A DNA stretch of 40,213 nt from an uncultured Vicinamibacterales bacterium. GTDB lineage: Bacteria; Acidobacteriota; Vicinamibacteria; Vicinamibacterales; CAZQMT01. A model generated the notes under the pieces. It was not told the origin of the DNA and did not search any database. It worked only from the letters and a program-made list of their open reading frames with translations. This document shows, one piece after another, positions 25,087-33,793 of the stretch. The position numbers and the translations under genes were made by a program. The DNA lies in contig CAZQMT010000004.1 in NCBI GenBank assembly GCA_964594555.1, forward strand, positions 6,917 through 47,129, read 5' to 3'. The first letter of the stretch is position 1; each line of letters opens with the position of its first letter.

Positions 25087-26132
25087 ATGTCATCCCCTTT
25101 TATACCGTGGCTGCACCGGTTCTCGAAGTTTGTAGCTGCTTGGACTTTCTTCGTTGTCCTCGCAGGTGGGATGGTTACCAGTACCGATTCTGGTCTTGCC
25201 GTCCCAGATTGGCCAACTTCTTACGGTTATTTTATGTTTTCGTTTCCTCTTTCCAAGATGGTTGGAGGAATTTTCTACGAGCATGGCCATAGATTGATCG
25301 CCAGTGTTGTGGGCTTCTTAACGATTGTTCTTGCGGTGTGGCTCCGATGGAAGGATGCACGTCCATGGGTGCACCGTCTCGGGTTCTTAGCCCTTTTGAT
25401 GGTTATACTTCAGGGTATTCTCGGAGGGATTACCGTAATTTATTTCTTACCGACGCTTGTTTCAGTCGCACACGCGGGGTTGGCGCAGCTCTTTTTTTGC
25501 TTAGTTGTGAGCCTTGCACTGTTTACGTCAGCTGGCTGGCTACGAGGCTACGCGCCAGACGGTCTAATACACAAAGGCGTGGATGATTGTTTGTTGCGTC
25601 GGCTGGCTATTAGTACGACTGTCACAATTTATTTACAGATCTTAGTGGCGATTTTCAAATTACTTCTGGATTATCGGATTTACAGATCTTAGTGGGTGCT
25701 GCGATGAGGCACACAGGGGCTGGGTTGGCGATTCCTGATTTCCCATTGATCTTTGGTGGTTTCCTCCCGCCCATGTGGGATTTGGGTATCGTGATTCACT
25801 TTGCTCACCGTGTTGGTGCCGTCATTGTGATCGTGATGATTTTCGCACTGACAGGTCACGTTTGGTATCATCACCGTAAGTGCCAAGAACTTATACGCCC
25901 AGCCGTTCTCTTGGGTGTATTAGTGATCCTGCAGGCAATCCTAGGCGGCTTCATTATTTGGACTCAGAGAGCGGTTCCAATCAATTCAGCACATGTTGCG
26001 GTTGGAGCGCTAGTCTTCGCTACCGCGCTCGTTCTGATGCTCCGTGTACACCGAGGTCTTTTTAGTGACCGATCTTTTGTCACGGATTCAAGGGGCCTGG
26101 ACACGAAGACAGCCATTAAGGTTTCGGTGTGA
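25087..26132 (+). pseudogene. ctaA: Haem A synthase (CtaA/COX15 family) split by a 47-nt frameshifting insertion
   Basis: The N-half has GGMVTSTDSGLAVPDWP and YEHGHR. The C-half has GAAMRHTGAGLAIPDFP, HFAHR and NSAHVAVG. The halves lie in different frames (ORFs 25003-25692 and 25692-26132). Deleting one 47-nt repeat unit gives the continuous reading ...VTIYLQILVGAAMRHTGAG... Confidence 0.85.
25631..25695 (+). repeat. Perfect 18-nt direct repeat (ATTTACAGATCTTAGTGG) flanking a 29-nt unique segment inside ctaA
   Basis: Copy 1 is at 25631-25648, the spacer cgattttcaaattacttctggattatcgg at 25649-25677, and copy 2 at 25678-25695. The period is 47 nt. Read directly from the sequence. Confidence 0.95.
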
Positions 26133-27001
26133 AGATGCGTGTCTTTGATTTCATTGCGCTTACCAAACCTCGGCTTAACCTCCTTGTTATTTTTACAACT
26201 GCCGTTGGTTACTATTTAGGTTCAAACGGTCAGATTGATTATCTGATTTTATTTCATACGCTAGTTGGTACTGCCTTAGTCGCTGGTGCTGCTTCTGTAC
26301 TCAACCAGCTCATTGAACGAGACCTAGATGGTCTTATGGTGCGAACGGCCTCACGGCCATTACCGGGAGGCAGGGTCCAGCCGTTCGAGGCCAAAGGGGT
26401 TGGTATTGTCCTGGCCGTTGGTGGTCTTTTACAACTTGCGTTGGGCGTTGGGTTTGTGGCAGCTGCAGTGGCGTTCGTCACTCTCGGTTCCTATTTGGTT
26501 GTTTATACCCCGCTTAAACGGCGAACGCCGTTGTCTACAGCGGTGGGAGCTATACCGGGGGCTCTACCTCCCATGATTGGTTGGGCAGCGGCACGAGGTT
26601 CTTTAGAACCAGAAGCCTGGACACTCTTTGCGACCTTGTTTTTGTGGCAGATGCCTCACTTTCTCTCTATAGCATGGATTTATCGTGATGACTATAAACG
26701 TGCTGGCATTCCGTTACTACCAGTCGTTGAACCGGAAGGACGACGCACGGCGCGCCAGGTTGTTGGCTACGCAGTGGCTTTGTTTTTCACCAGTTTAGTT
26801 CCCGAGTTTGTCGGTCTTGCAGGCGCTCTCTATTTCAGTGGAGCTTTGTTCCTTGGGCTGATCTTCAGTTTACTGGCATTGAGGTTCGCTCGATTGCGAA
26901 CAATCACGAATGCACGCTGGCTATTTATTGGTTCTATTTCATATCTTCCGTTACTTTGGGGATTGCTTGTCGCCGATCGAATATTCGGGTTTGGGGGCTA
27001 A
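26129..27001 (+). CDS. ctaB: Protohaem IX farnesyltransferase (haem O synthase)
   Basis: UbiA-family motifs are NQLIERDLDGLMVRTASRPLP and WQMPHFLSIAW. The GTG at 26129 overlaps the ctaA stop; an alternative ATG lies at 26135. Confidence 0.9.
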   Translation: MKMRVFDFIALTKPRLNLLVIFTTAVGYYLGSNGQIDYLILFHTLVGTALVAGAASVLNQLIERDLDGLMVRTASRPLPGGRVQPFEAKGVGIVLAVGGLLQLALGVGFVAAAVAFVTLGSYLVVYTPLKRRTPLSTAVGAIPGALPPMIGWAAARGSLEPEAWTLFATLFLWQMPHFLSIAWIYRDDYKRAGIPLLPVVEPEGRRTARQVVGYAVALFFTSLVPEFVGLAGALYFSGALFLGLIFSLLALRFARLRTITNARWLFIGSISYLPLLWGLLVADRIFGFGG

Positions 27002-27933
27002 TGAGTTCATCCGAATCTTGTCCTGCAGTTGCTGTCTCTGCACTGAAATATCAGTACGGTGAACGAGAGGCTCTTCGAGGTGTTGACTTCGAGGTCGGCC
27101 GCGGTGAAATTTTTGGTGTTCTTGGCCCGAACGGTGGCGGTAAGACCACGCTATTTAAATTACTTTCTACACTACTTTGTCCGGTTGACGGCGAGATTCG
27201 TGTGTTTGGTGAAGACTTGGCGTCTCATCCTGACTGGGTTAGACGTCAGCTCGGTGTAGTTTTCCAGTCACCAGCTTTGGATATTCGTCTTACAGTACGA
27301 GAGAACCTGCAACATCAAGGGCACATTTATGGCCTGCGAGGAAGAGAACTGGCGTTACGAATCCAAGACACATTAGATCTCGTCCATTTGACGGATCGTA
27401 TGAATGATTCGGTCGGTTCACTTTCTGGTGGACTTCAGCGACGGACGGAACTAGCGAAAGTTCTTTTACACGATCCGGAGCTACTTGTTCTTGATGAGCC
27501 TAGCACGGGACTTGATCCTGGGGCCCGGCGAGATCTCTGGTCTCATCTAGAAGCTCAGCGCCGACTTAAAGGGACGACAGTCTTATTGACCACACATCTT
27601 ATGGATGAAGCAGCGCGCTGTGATCGAGTGGCCATCTTACATGAAGGGCGACTCGTTGCTCTTGGACATCCAGACGCCTTGACCTCTGAGATTGGCGAGG
27701 ACGTCATCCTAATTGTCGCTCCCGATCCTGGGAACCTCGGTCCTCGTGTGCGAGAGCGTTTTGGTATTGATGTTGAGATCCGTGATGATCGACTGCGCAT
27801 CGCACGTTTTCGTGCGCACGAGTTTGTTGCCGAGTTGGTGGAGGCGTTTCCTGGTGAAATCGATACGATTACGTTCGGCAGACCGACTCTCGAAGACGTA
27901 TTTTTACACCATACTGGTGAACGATTGGAGTAA
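27001..27933 (+). CDS. ABC transporter ATP-binding protein
   Basis: Walker A is GPNGGGKTT, the signature is LSGGLQRR, and Walker B is LLVLDEPSTGLD. The ATG at 27001 overlaps the ctaB stop (TAATG). Confidence 0.9.
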   Translation: MSSSESCPAVAVSALKYQYGEREALRGVDFEVGRGEIFGVLGPNGGGKTTLFKLLSTLLCPVDGEIRVFGEDLASHPDWVRRQLGVVFQSPALDIRLTVRENLQHQGHIYGLRGRELALRIQDTLDLVHLTDRMNDSVGSLSGGLQRRTELAKVLLHDPELLVLDEPSTGLDPGARRDLWSHLEAQRRLKGTTVLLTTHLMDEAARCDRVAILHEGRLVALGHPDALTSEIGEDVILIVAPDPGNLGPRVRERFGIDVEIRDDRLRIARFRAHEFVAELVEAFPGEIDTITFGRPTLEDVFLHHTGERLE

Positions 27934-27938
27934 AACTC

Positions 27939-28721
27939 TTGTATTTTGCGATTTGGACTTTGTGGACTCGTGACATTGTCCGTTTCTATCGCCAGCGCAG
28001 CCGGGTTGTTGGAGCTCTAGGATCGCCGGTTGTGTTTTGGTTGCTCCTTGGGTCTGGTCTCGGGACGTCCTTTCGTACTGGACCAGAAGACCTCCCTTTG
28101 GCTGGTGGCTACCTTGAGTATTTCTATCCTGGCACACTGACGTTGATCGTTTTGTTCACAGCAATTTTTTCAACGATTTCGGTGATCGAGGACCGAGCAA
28201 CAGGTTTTCTTCAGGGTGTGCTGGTAGCACCGGTTCCCAGAAGCGTCATTGTGCTTGGAAAGATTCTCGGGGGTACGACTTTAGCGCTGTTACAGGCCAT
28301 GGTGTTTTTGTTGCTTGCTCCCCTAGCCAACGTCCAACTTACCTTATCTGTTTTACCAACCATTGTTCTTATTCTTACTATTCTTGCGTTTGCCTTGACC
28401 GGGCTTGGTTTCTCAATTGCGTGGGCTATGGATTCAACGCAGGGATTTCATGCCATCATGAATCTGTTGTTGATTCCTATGTGGATTCTCTCTGGGGCTG
28501 TGTTTCCAGCGGCTGGTGCGGCAGGGTGGATTAAGGCAATCATGTTAATCAATCCCATGACCTACGGTATTTCGGCACTGAGGACTGTTATCCCAGGTAA
28601 CGCTATGGCAATGGGTAGCGAACCTTCGTTGGTGTTTTCTGTTACTGTTCTTCTTGTTTTTAGTGCAGTTGTGCTATTCGTCGGTACTATCCTTGTACGT
28701 CGAACTGGGCGCACAAAGTAA
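27939..28721 (+). CDS. ABC-2 type transporter permease
   Basis: 260-aa ORF with about six hydrophobic helices, immediately downstream of the ATPase. The TTG start is preceded by GGAG. Confidence 0.75.
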   Translation: MYFAIWTLWTRDIVRFYRQRSRVVGALGSPVVFWLLLGSGLGTSFRTGPEDLPLAGGYLEYFYPGTLTLIVLFTAIFSTISVIEDRATGFLQGVLVAPVPRSVIVLGKILGGTTLALLQAMVFLLLAPLANVQLTLSVLPTIVLILTILAFALTGLGFSIAWAMDSTQGFHAIMNLLLIPMWILSGAVFPAAGAAGWIKAIMLINPMTYGISALRTVIPGNAMAMGSEPSLVFSVTVLLVFSAVVLFVGTILVRRTGRTK

Positions 28722-28786
28722 CCTGGGTTAACAGTTGACTAACTTGACAGAAATTTCTCTAGCTTCTTTCAAGGACGGATAGATTG

Positions 28787-29278
28787 CTAGAAAATCACTC
28801 GTGCTTTATTCATACCGCCACAACCATTCTTGCTGAACGGTCGGCCGCAACCTCCCGCGGTGTAGCAGATGTCGCCAGAGAATCCTGCGGGGTTGATAAA
28901 CCTAATCCACTCGCGCACTTTTTCTCGAACGTTATTGGCGTTGTAGTTGTGTTTAGTGATCAGGTAATGAGAGAGGCCCCAAATGGCCCGAGACATGTTG
29001 CAGGGACAGCAGCAAGTGTAGGCGGTGTTGTCGCTGCAGCATGGAGCAGGTAGCGCCGTGAGCGCTTCTTTTTTTACTGCTTCCTGTGCAGCGGAGAGCT
29101 GAATAGAGTCGTAGTACTCGATAAATTCATGGGTCTGACGTTTCGCATCATCGAATGTAACTGCCTGAGCTGCTGAGACTGAAGAAGTAACGACAAGTAG
29201 ACCGGCAACGGTCAGGACGACAGTGAGGAGAGCCTTAGGGACCATTACGATCGATCCATGTGTTTGCCTATTTGACAT
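28787..29278 (-). CDS. Secreted cysteine-rich protein of unknown function
   Basis: I prefer the ATG at 29278, which is preceded by GGAG. The signal peptide ends VSAAQA. The mature ~125 aa contains ten Cys, including PAPCCSDNTAYTCCCPCN and GDICYTAGGCGRPFSKNGCGG. I recognise no family with confidence. Confidence 0.6.
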   Translation of the reverse strand: MSNRQTHGSIVMVPKALLTVVLTVAGLLVVTSSVSAAQAVTFDDAKRQTHEFIEYYDSIQLSAAQEAVKKEALTALPAPCCSDNTAYTCCCPCNMSRAIWGLSHYLITKHNYNANNVREKVREWIRFINPAGFSGDICYTAGGCGRPFSKNGCGGMNKARVIF

Positions 29279-29514
29279 TAACCACTCCGGGCTAAAACTG
29301 CCACGTATTGCGACAGTCATGAGACTAATTCAGCCACCCTTAGCTATGTGCTCTGGCCAGCCAGTTGCCCTTATACTAACGTGATTTTTAATGAGTGACA
29401 AAAAACTAGTTACCGATTGGTAGACTGGTTGAGTCGATCGGATACTTTAAGGTGTCCACTACGAGGTTAGACGTTCTGTCGGCGTAGCTGTTTCATGACC
29501 AGGAGGATTTATAT

Positions 29515-30591
29515 ATGTGCATCAGAGAGAAACTCTCCTTAACTTGTCAAGGCAGTTGTGAGTGGTTATTTAAGAGATGGGTTTTGGCGATTGGAGTGAA
29601 TAGTGTTTTAGCTTTCTGTTTTTGCTTCTTGCTTTTACCCGCTAGTGCTATTGGCCAAGAGGACAGTGGTTTACCACGACTTGAAAGTGAAATTCTCAGG
29701 CTGGCCGAGCTTTCGGGTGGCCATGTTGGAGTAGCTGTGGTTCATTTGGAAACTGGTCGTGAGGTTTATCTGAATGCAGACGAGTGGTTTCCAATGGCGA
29801 GCACGTACAAGGTGCCTATAGCAGTGCAGCTACTACGTCGTGTCGATAATAACGAGGTTTGACTCGATCAAATGGTTGAAGTAACTCCAGTGGATCTCCA
29901 TCCTGGTAGTGGAACATTGTCTCAGCTTCTCGACGACCCCGGGGTAGAGCTTTCACTCTTAAATCTGCTTGAACTAATGCTACTAATTAGCGATAACTCT
30001 GCCACCGATCTCTCACTCGAGATTGCGGGTGGCGGACAGTCTGTAACAGCTCTAATGAGGGATAGTGGTATTGAGGGAATTACAGTCGACCGACCGACGG
30101 TCGAACTTATTGCGGATTGGCTTGGTGTTGAGGGTCTGCCGGAAAATGGAAAGATTACACGAGAAAAGTTCTCTGATTTGCGAAACCTCGTTAGCGAGTC
30201 TGAGCGTGAGTATGCGGAAACCGTTTTCGAACAAGACAAACGTGACAGTGCAACTCCCCGTGGGATGGCACAGCTGCTAAGTGGAATTTGGCAAAAAAAA
30301 ATTATCAGTCCGCAACACTCAGAGCTTCTACTGGATATTATGAGACGTTGTCAGACGGGGAATGGAAGAATAAGGGGCCTTTTGCCTTTAGAGACTGAGG
30401 TGTTTCATAAAACGGGCACTATCGGACGAGTTACAAATGATGTGGGCATTGTGACGTTACCCGAAAATGCGGGTCACGTCATTACAGTGGTGTTTATTAA
30501 GCAATCTATTTTCCCAGTGCCAGAACGAGAACGAGCTATCGCTCATATTTCAAGGGCTATTCACGACTATTTTTTGTTTAATCGGAAATAG
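29515..30591 (+). pseudogene. Class A beta-lactamase-family serine hydrolase interrupted by one in-frame TGA (29860-29862)
   Basis: It has S-x-x-K (ASTYKV), SDN (ISDNSATD) and KTG (HKTGTIG). ORFs 29515-29862 and 29872-30591 share a frame and are separated only by TGA CTC GAT CAA. Confidence 0.8.
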
Positions 30592-30628
30592 GCGAGGCAT
30601 TATTGGAAACTGTACTTAGGAGACAACT

Positions 30629-32365
30629 ATGGACCATGGATGTGACAAGCGCCTTGACTTAAACCGACGTCGCTTCATTCACTGTCTTTCGGCGATGGGT
30701 CTCGGATCGACTTTGTTGCCGGGGGCCTTGATGGCTACGGCGAAGGAAGCCGAGTTGATCTCTATAAACATGCTCGAGGCTGCGGCTCGTGTTGCTGGTC
30801 TTACGTTGACTACCGATGAACTTTCCTCCATTGTCGATAGGCTCAATGGTGAGGATAATTTTTTCGAGAGTTATGCCATGATTCGCGATCTTGAACTTCC
30901 TAACAGTGTGCCTCCGGCATTTGTTTTCAATCCCGTACCCCCAGGGATGAAGCTGCCGAATGAATCCCGTCCTCTCCGGTTGAGTGATGTCCCGACATCT
31001 CGTCCTGGTACAGATGAAGAGCTTGCATTCCTCCCAGTGCACAGGTTAGCCAAGCTAATTGAGACACGTGCAGTTAGCTCAACAGATTTGACTAAGCTCT
31101 ACCTTGCAAGGCTGAAGGAGTACGATCCAAGGCTTCACTGTGTGGTGACACTCACTGAGGAGCTGGCGCTGCGACAGGCTAAGCAGGCTGATGATGAAAT
31201 CATGGGAGGTCATTATCGAGGCCCGCTTCATGGAATTCCCTGGGGTGCAAAAGACTTGCTCGCTGTGAAGGGCTACCCAACCACGTGGGGTGCATCACCT
31301 TATAGAAAGCAAACAATCGATCTTAATGCAACCGTTTATGAGCGTTTAACCGATGCGGGTGCAGTTTTGGTAGCCAAGCTCACTATGGGTGCACTCGCAC
31401 AAGGTGATCGATGGTTTGGTGGAAGAACAAGAAACCCATGGAAGCTTGATCAAGGATCGAGTGGTTCTTCTGCTGGTTCTGGTTCGGCGACGGCTGCTGG
31501 CCTCGTTGGATTTGCGATTGGAACTGAAACTCGTGGTTCGATTATTTCTCCATCGAGTCGATGTGGCATAACGGGACTTCGTCCAACATTTGGTCGTGTC
31601 AGCCGATACGGTGCTATGGCGCTCAGTTGGACTATGGATAAGATCGGACCGATGTGCCGTTCCGCAGAGGACTGCGCGATTGTTCTTCGAGCGATCAATG
31701 GTCTAGACGGGAACGATAATACGTTGCTCGATGTTCCGTTTAATTGGGATGGCGGTGCAGACGTGAGCCAGTTACGTGTAGGTTGCCTGAAATCACTTAT
31801 TGAAGGTGAGCTTCCGTCTACTGGTGATGAGAATGCGGATCGATTTGCACGAGAGGAACAAGTCCAAAACGAGAAAGCACTTCAGGTGATTCGGAAGCTC
31901 GGTATTGATCTGAAGCCAATTGAACTACCTGACCTACCGAGCAGACAGATCGGTTTCGTATTGACGACTGAAGCGGCAGCGGCTTTTGACGATTTGACAC
32001 GAAGCGATCGAGACCAACAGATGATGGGTGAGCCAGAAAGTAGCCGCTGGCCAGAGGCGTTCCGACTTCACCGATTTGTACCGGCCGTAGAGTATATTCA
32101 AGCTAACAGGGTTAGAACGCTTATGGTTAAGGCGCTTGACGAATTGTTCACCGATATCGATCTCTTTATTGGGAGCGATCTTGCTTTAACAAATTTGACC
32201 GGACATCCTGAAATTGTTATGCCGCATGGATTTCGATCAGACGGTACCCCAACGAATCTTAGATTCACTGGGAAGCTCTTTGGTGAGGCTAGTATTGCAC
32301 TTTTGGCACATGCGTTTCAGAAGCAAACACACCACCATTTAAAGCGACCGAACTTAAGAGTTTAG
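30629..32365 (+). CDS. Amidase-signature family enzyme with twin-arginine (Tat) signal
   Basis: The Tat-like signal is NRRRFIHCLSAMGLGS. The amidase signature region is GSSGSSAGSGSATAAGLVGFAIGTETRGSIISPSS, and an upstream Lys lies in WGAKDLL. Confidence 0.85.
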   Translation: MDHGCDKRLDLNRRRFIHCLSAMGLGSTLLPGALMATAKEAELISINMLEAAARVAGLTLTTDELSSIVDRLNGEDNFFESYAMIRDLELPNSVPPAFVFNPVPPGMKLPNESRPLRLSDVPTSRPGTDEELAFLPVHRLAKLIETRAVSSTDLTKLYLARLKEYDPRLHCVVTLTEELALRQAKQADDEIMGGHYRGPLHGIPWGAKDLLAVKGYPTTWGASPYRKQTIDLNATVYERLTDAGAVLVAKLTMGALAQGDRWFGGRTRNPWKLDQGSSGSSAGSGSATAAGLVGFAIGTETRGSIISPSSRCGITGLRPTFGRVSRYGAMALSWTMDKIGPMCRSAEDCAIVLRAINGLDGNDNTLLDVPFNWDGGADVSQLRVGCLKSLIEGELPSTGDENADRFAREEQVQNEKALQVIRKLGIDLKPIELPDLPSRQIGFVLTTEAAAAFDDLTRSDRDQQMMGEPESSRWPEAFRLHRFVPAVEYIQANRVRTLMVKALDELFTDIDLFIGSDLALTNLTGHPEIVMPHGFRSDGTPTNLRFTGKLFGEASIALLAHAFQKQTHHHLKRPNLRV

Positions 32366-32399
32366 GGAATGTACTGTCGATACAGGTTCTTTAACAAAA

Positions 32400-32873
32400 C
32401 TAGATCGAGCAGTGACTGAGGCCACGTTTCTCCAGGTACTTCTGATGGTAATCCTCCGCGCGGTAGAACGTTTCGGACTTTATGACCTCGGTGACGATGG
32501 GCTGCTTGAACCGGTTTATTTTTTCGAGCTGAGCTTTGAAGGCATCGGCTGAGATTTGTTGTTCTGGTGTGTGGAAGAAGACGACAGATCGATACTGTGT
32601 TCCAACATCAGGACCTTGGCGATGCAAAGTGGTCGGATCGTGATTATCCCAAAACGTTTGAAGAAGAGTTTCATAAGAGACGGTAGATGGGTCGTACTCG
32701 AGATGGACGACTTCGGCGTGTCCAGTTGTTCCAGTACATACGTCCTTGTAGTTAGGATTCTTGTGGTTTCCCCCAGAGTAGCCGACTGCCGTAGAAATCA
32801 CGCCGTTAATCCGACTAAAGACATCTTCGACTCCCCAGAAACACCCTGCACCAAAAGTGGCTTTTTCTGTCAT
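32400..32873 (-). CDS. msrA: Peptide methionine (S)-sulfoxide reductase
   Basis: GAGCFWGVE is the active-site motif, with YSGG...NPNYKDVCTG. The ATG at 32873 is preceded by GAGGAGAA; the ORF-track start at 32888 lies within that SD sequence. Confidence 0.9.
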   Translation of the reverse strand: MTEKATFGAGCFWGVEDVFSRINGVISTAVGYSGGNHKNPNYKDVCTGTTGHAEVVHLEYDPSTVSYETLLQTFWDNHDPTTLHRQGPDVGTQYRSVVFFHTPEQQISADAFKAQLEKINRFKQPIVTEVIKSETFYRAEDYHQKYLEKRGLSHCSI

Positions 32874-33014
32874 GATTTCTCCTCTCATCCGTTCTCAGGA
32901 TACCCTGATTACATCACGATTGTTCATTAGAGGCCATATATCTTAGTGTTGGCCTAGTCTGAGTTTTTCTGGCCGATGATCTTGGTGTGTGAGAGATAGT
33001 TCAGGAGGTTACTT

Positions 33015-33146
33015 ATGACACTTGACGAAATTCTGACGCTCTTCGATTACGATGTCTTGGCAGGCGGAGAAATTTCTTGTGCTGTTAGCGGTTTAGTGGA
33101 CGACCAGTACATTAGAGATCTTGGAGCAAGCTTCAGGAGTAGTTGA
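33015..33146 (+). CDS. Hypothetical 43-aa peptide (MTLDEILTLFDYDVLAGGEISCAVSGLVDDQYIRDLGASFRSS)
   Basis: Not in the ORF track because it is under 60 aa. The ATG sits 6 nt after a perfect AGGAGG. It lies directly upstream of the SxtJ-like/carbamoyltransferase genes. I recognise no homology. Confidence 0.25.
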   Translation: MTLDEILTLFDYDVLAGGEISCAVSGLVDDQYIRDLGASFRSS

Positions 33147-33202
33147 TCTCGTATGACTACTCTTCTACGATTTGATGGTGCTAGATTAAGTTGGTCTATG
33201 AT

Positions 33203-33625
33203 ATGAGAGCCCACGAAAGTTTTAATCGAGGTCAAAAGATTACGATCGGTTCTAATCGAACATTCGGGTTTGTATTCTTTTGTGTTTTTATCGTTATTGC
33301 ACTTCTTCCTCTTCAAGCTGGGGTTTCTCCACGTTGGTGGGCTCTCGTGATAGCAGGAGTACTGGCAGCTTTAGCTGCACTATGCCCGTCGGTTTTGTAT
33401 CCTCTTAATGTTGGCTGGTCGGGTGTTGGTTTTTTTATTGGTCGATTTGTGAGTCCGGTAGTATTTGGACTACTCTTCTTTCTCGTAGTGACTCCGACTG
33501 CTCTGTTTATGCGTTTGGCAAAGAAGGATTCCTTAAGGCGTCGTCACGATTTTGAGGCTCCGTCCTACTGGTTACACCGGCGCCCTCCGGGGCCTGATCC
33601 GTCGTCTATGAGGAAACAGTTCTAA
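33203..33625 (+). CDS. SxtJ-like small membrane protein
   Basis: About 140 aa with three hydrophobic helices. Its pattern and position upstream of a DUF5989-like ORF and a carbamoyltransferase match my memory of the SxtJ family context. I prefer the ATG at 33203 over the TTG at 33191. Confidence 0.55.
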   Translation: MRAHESFNRGQKITIGSNRTFGFVFFCVFIVIALLPLQAGVSPRWWALVIAGVLAALAALCPSVLYPLNVGWSGVGFFIGRFVSPVVFGLLFFLVVTPTALFMRLAKKDSLRRRHDFEAPSYWLHRRPPGPDPSSMRKQF

Positions 33626-33633
33626 GTCAGGCC

Positions 33634-33783
33634 ATGTCATTTCTTCTTGAGTTCACCGACTTTCTTCGTACGAACAAGAAGTACTGGTTACTACCGACCT
33701 TACTAGCGATGGCTTTAATAGGTGGGATATTAGTCTTAGTGCAAGAATCAGCTGTGGCGCCTTTCATTTACACACTTTTCTAG
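33634..33783 (+). CDS. DUF5989 (SxtK-like) small membrane protein
   Basis: 49-aa ORF found by hand: MSFLLEFTDFLRTNKKYWLLPTLLAMALIGGILVLVQESAVAPFIYTLF. The KKYWL.P...PFIYTLF pattern matches my memory of the family that accompanies carbamoyltransferases. Confidence 0.55.
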   Translation: MSFLLEFTDFLRTNKKYWLLPTLLAMALIGGILVLVQESAVAPFIYTLF

Positions 33784-33793
33784 ACGGTATATC

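Noticed and set aside
25631-25695. Repeat-spacer-repeat layout (18-29-18 nt) as a minimal CRISPR array
   Set aside because: There are only two copies. 18 nt is shorter than known CRISPR repeats. The unit lies inside a conserved coding sequence whose frame it disrupts, and no cas genes are in the window.
29860-29862. TGA (and the TAA at 22786) as recoded sense codons or selenocysteine
   Set aside because: TGA and TAA clearly terminate other well-defined genes here, for example TGA at 4034-4036 and 14911-14913 and TAA at 5271-5273. I see no SECIS-like hairpin just downstream of the TGA. The aligned paralogue has Ser, not Cys/Sec, at that position.
33047-33316. 89-aa minus-strand ORF between msrA and the SxtJ-like gene
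   Set aside because: It overlaps the start of the SxtJ-like gene and the SD-preceded 43-codon plus-strand ORF. Its Lys/Arg/Asn-rich composition is typical of antisense translation.
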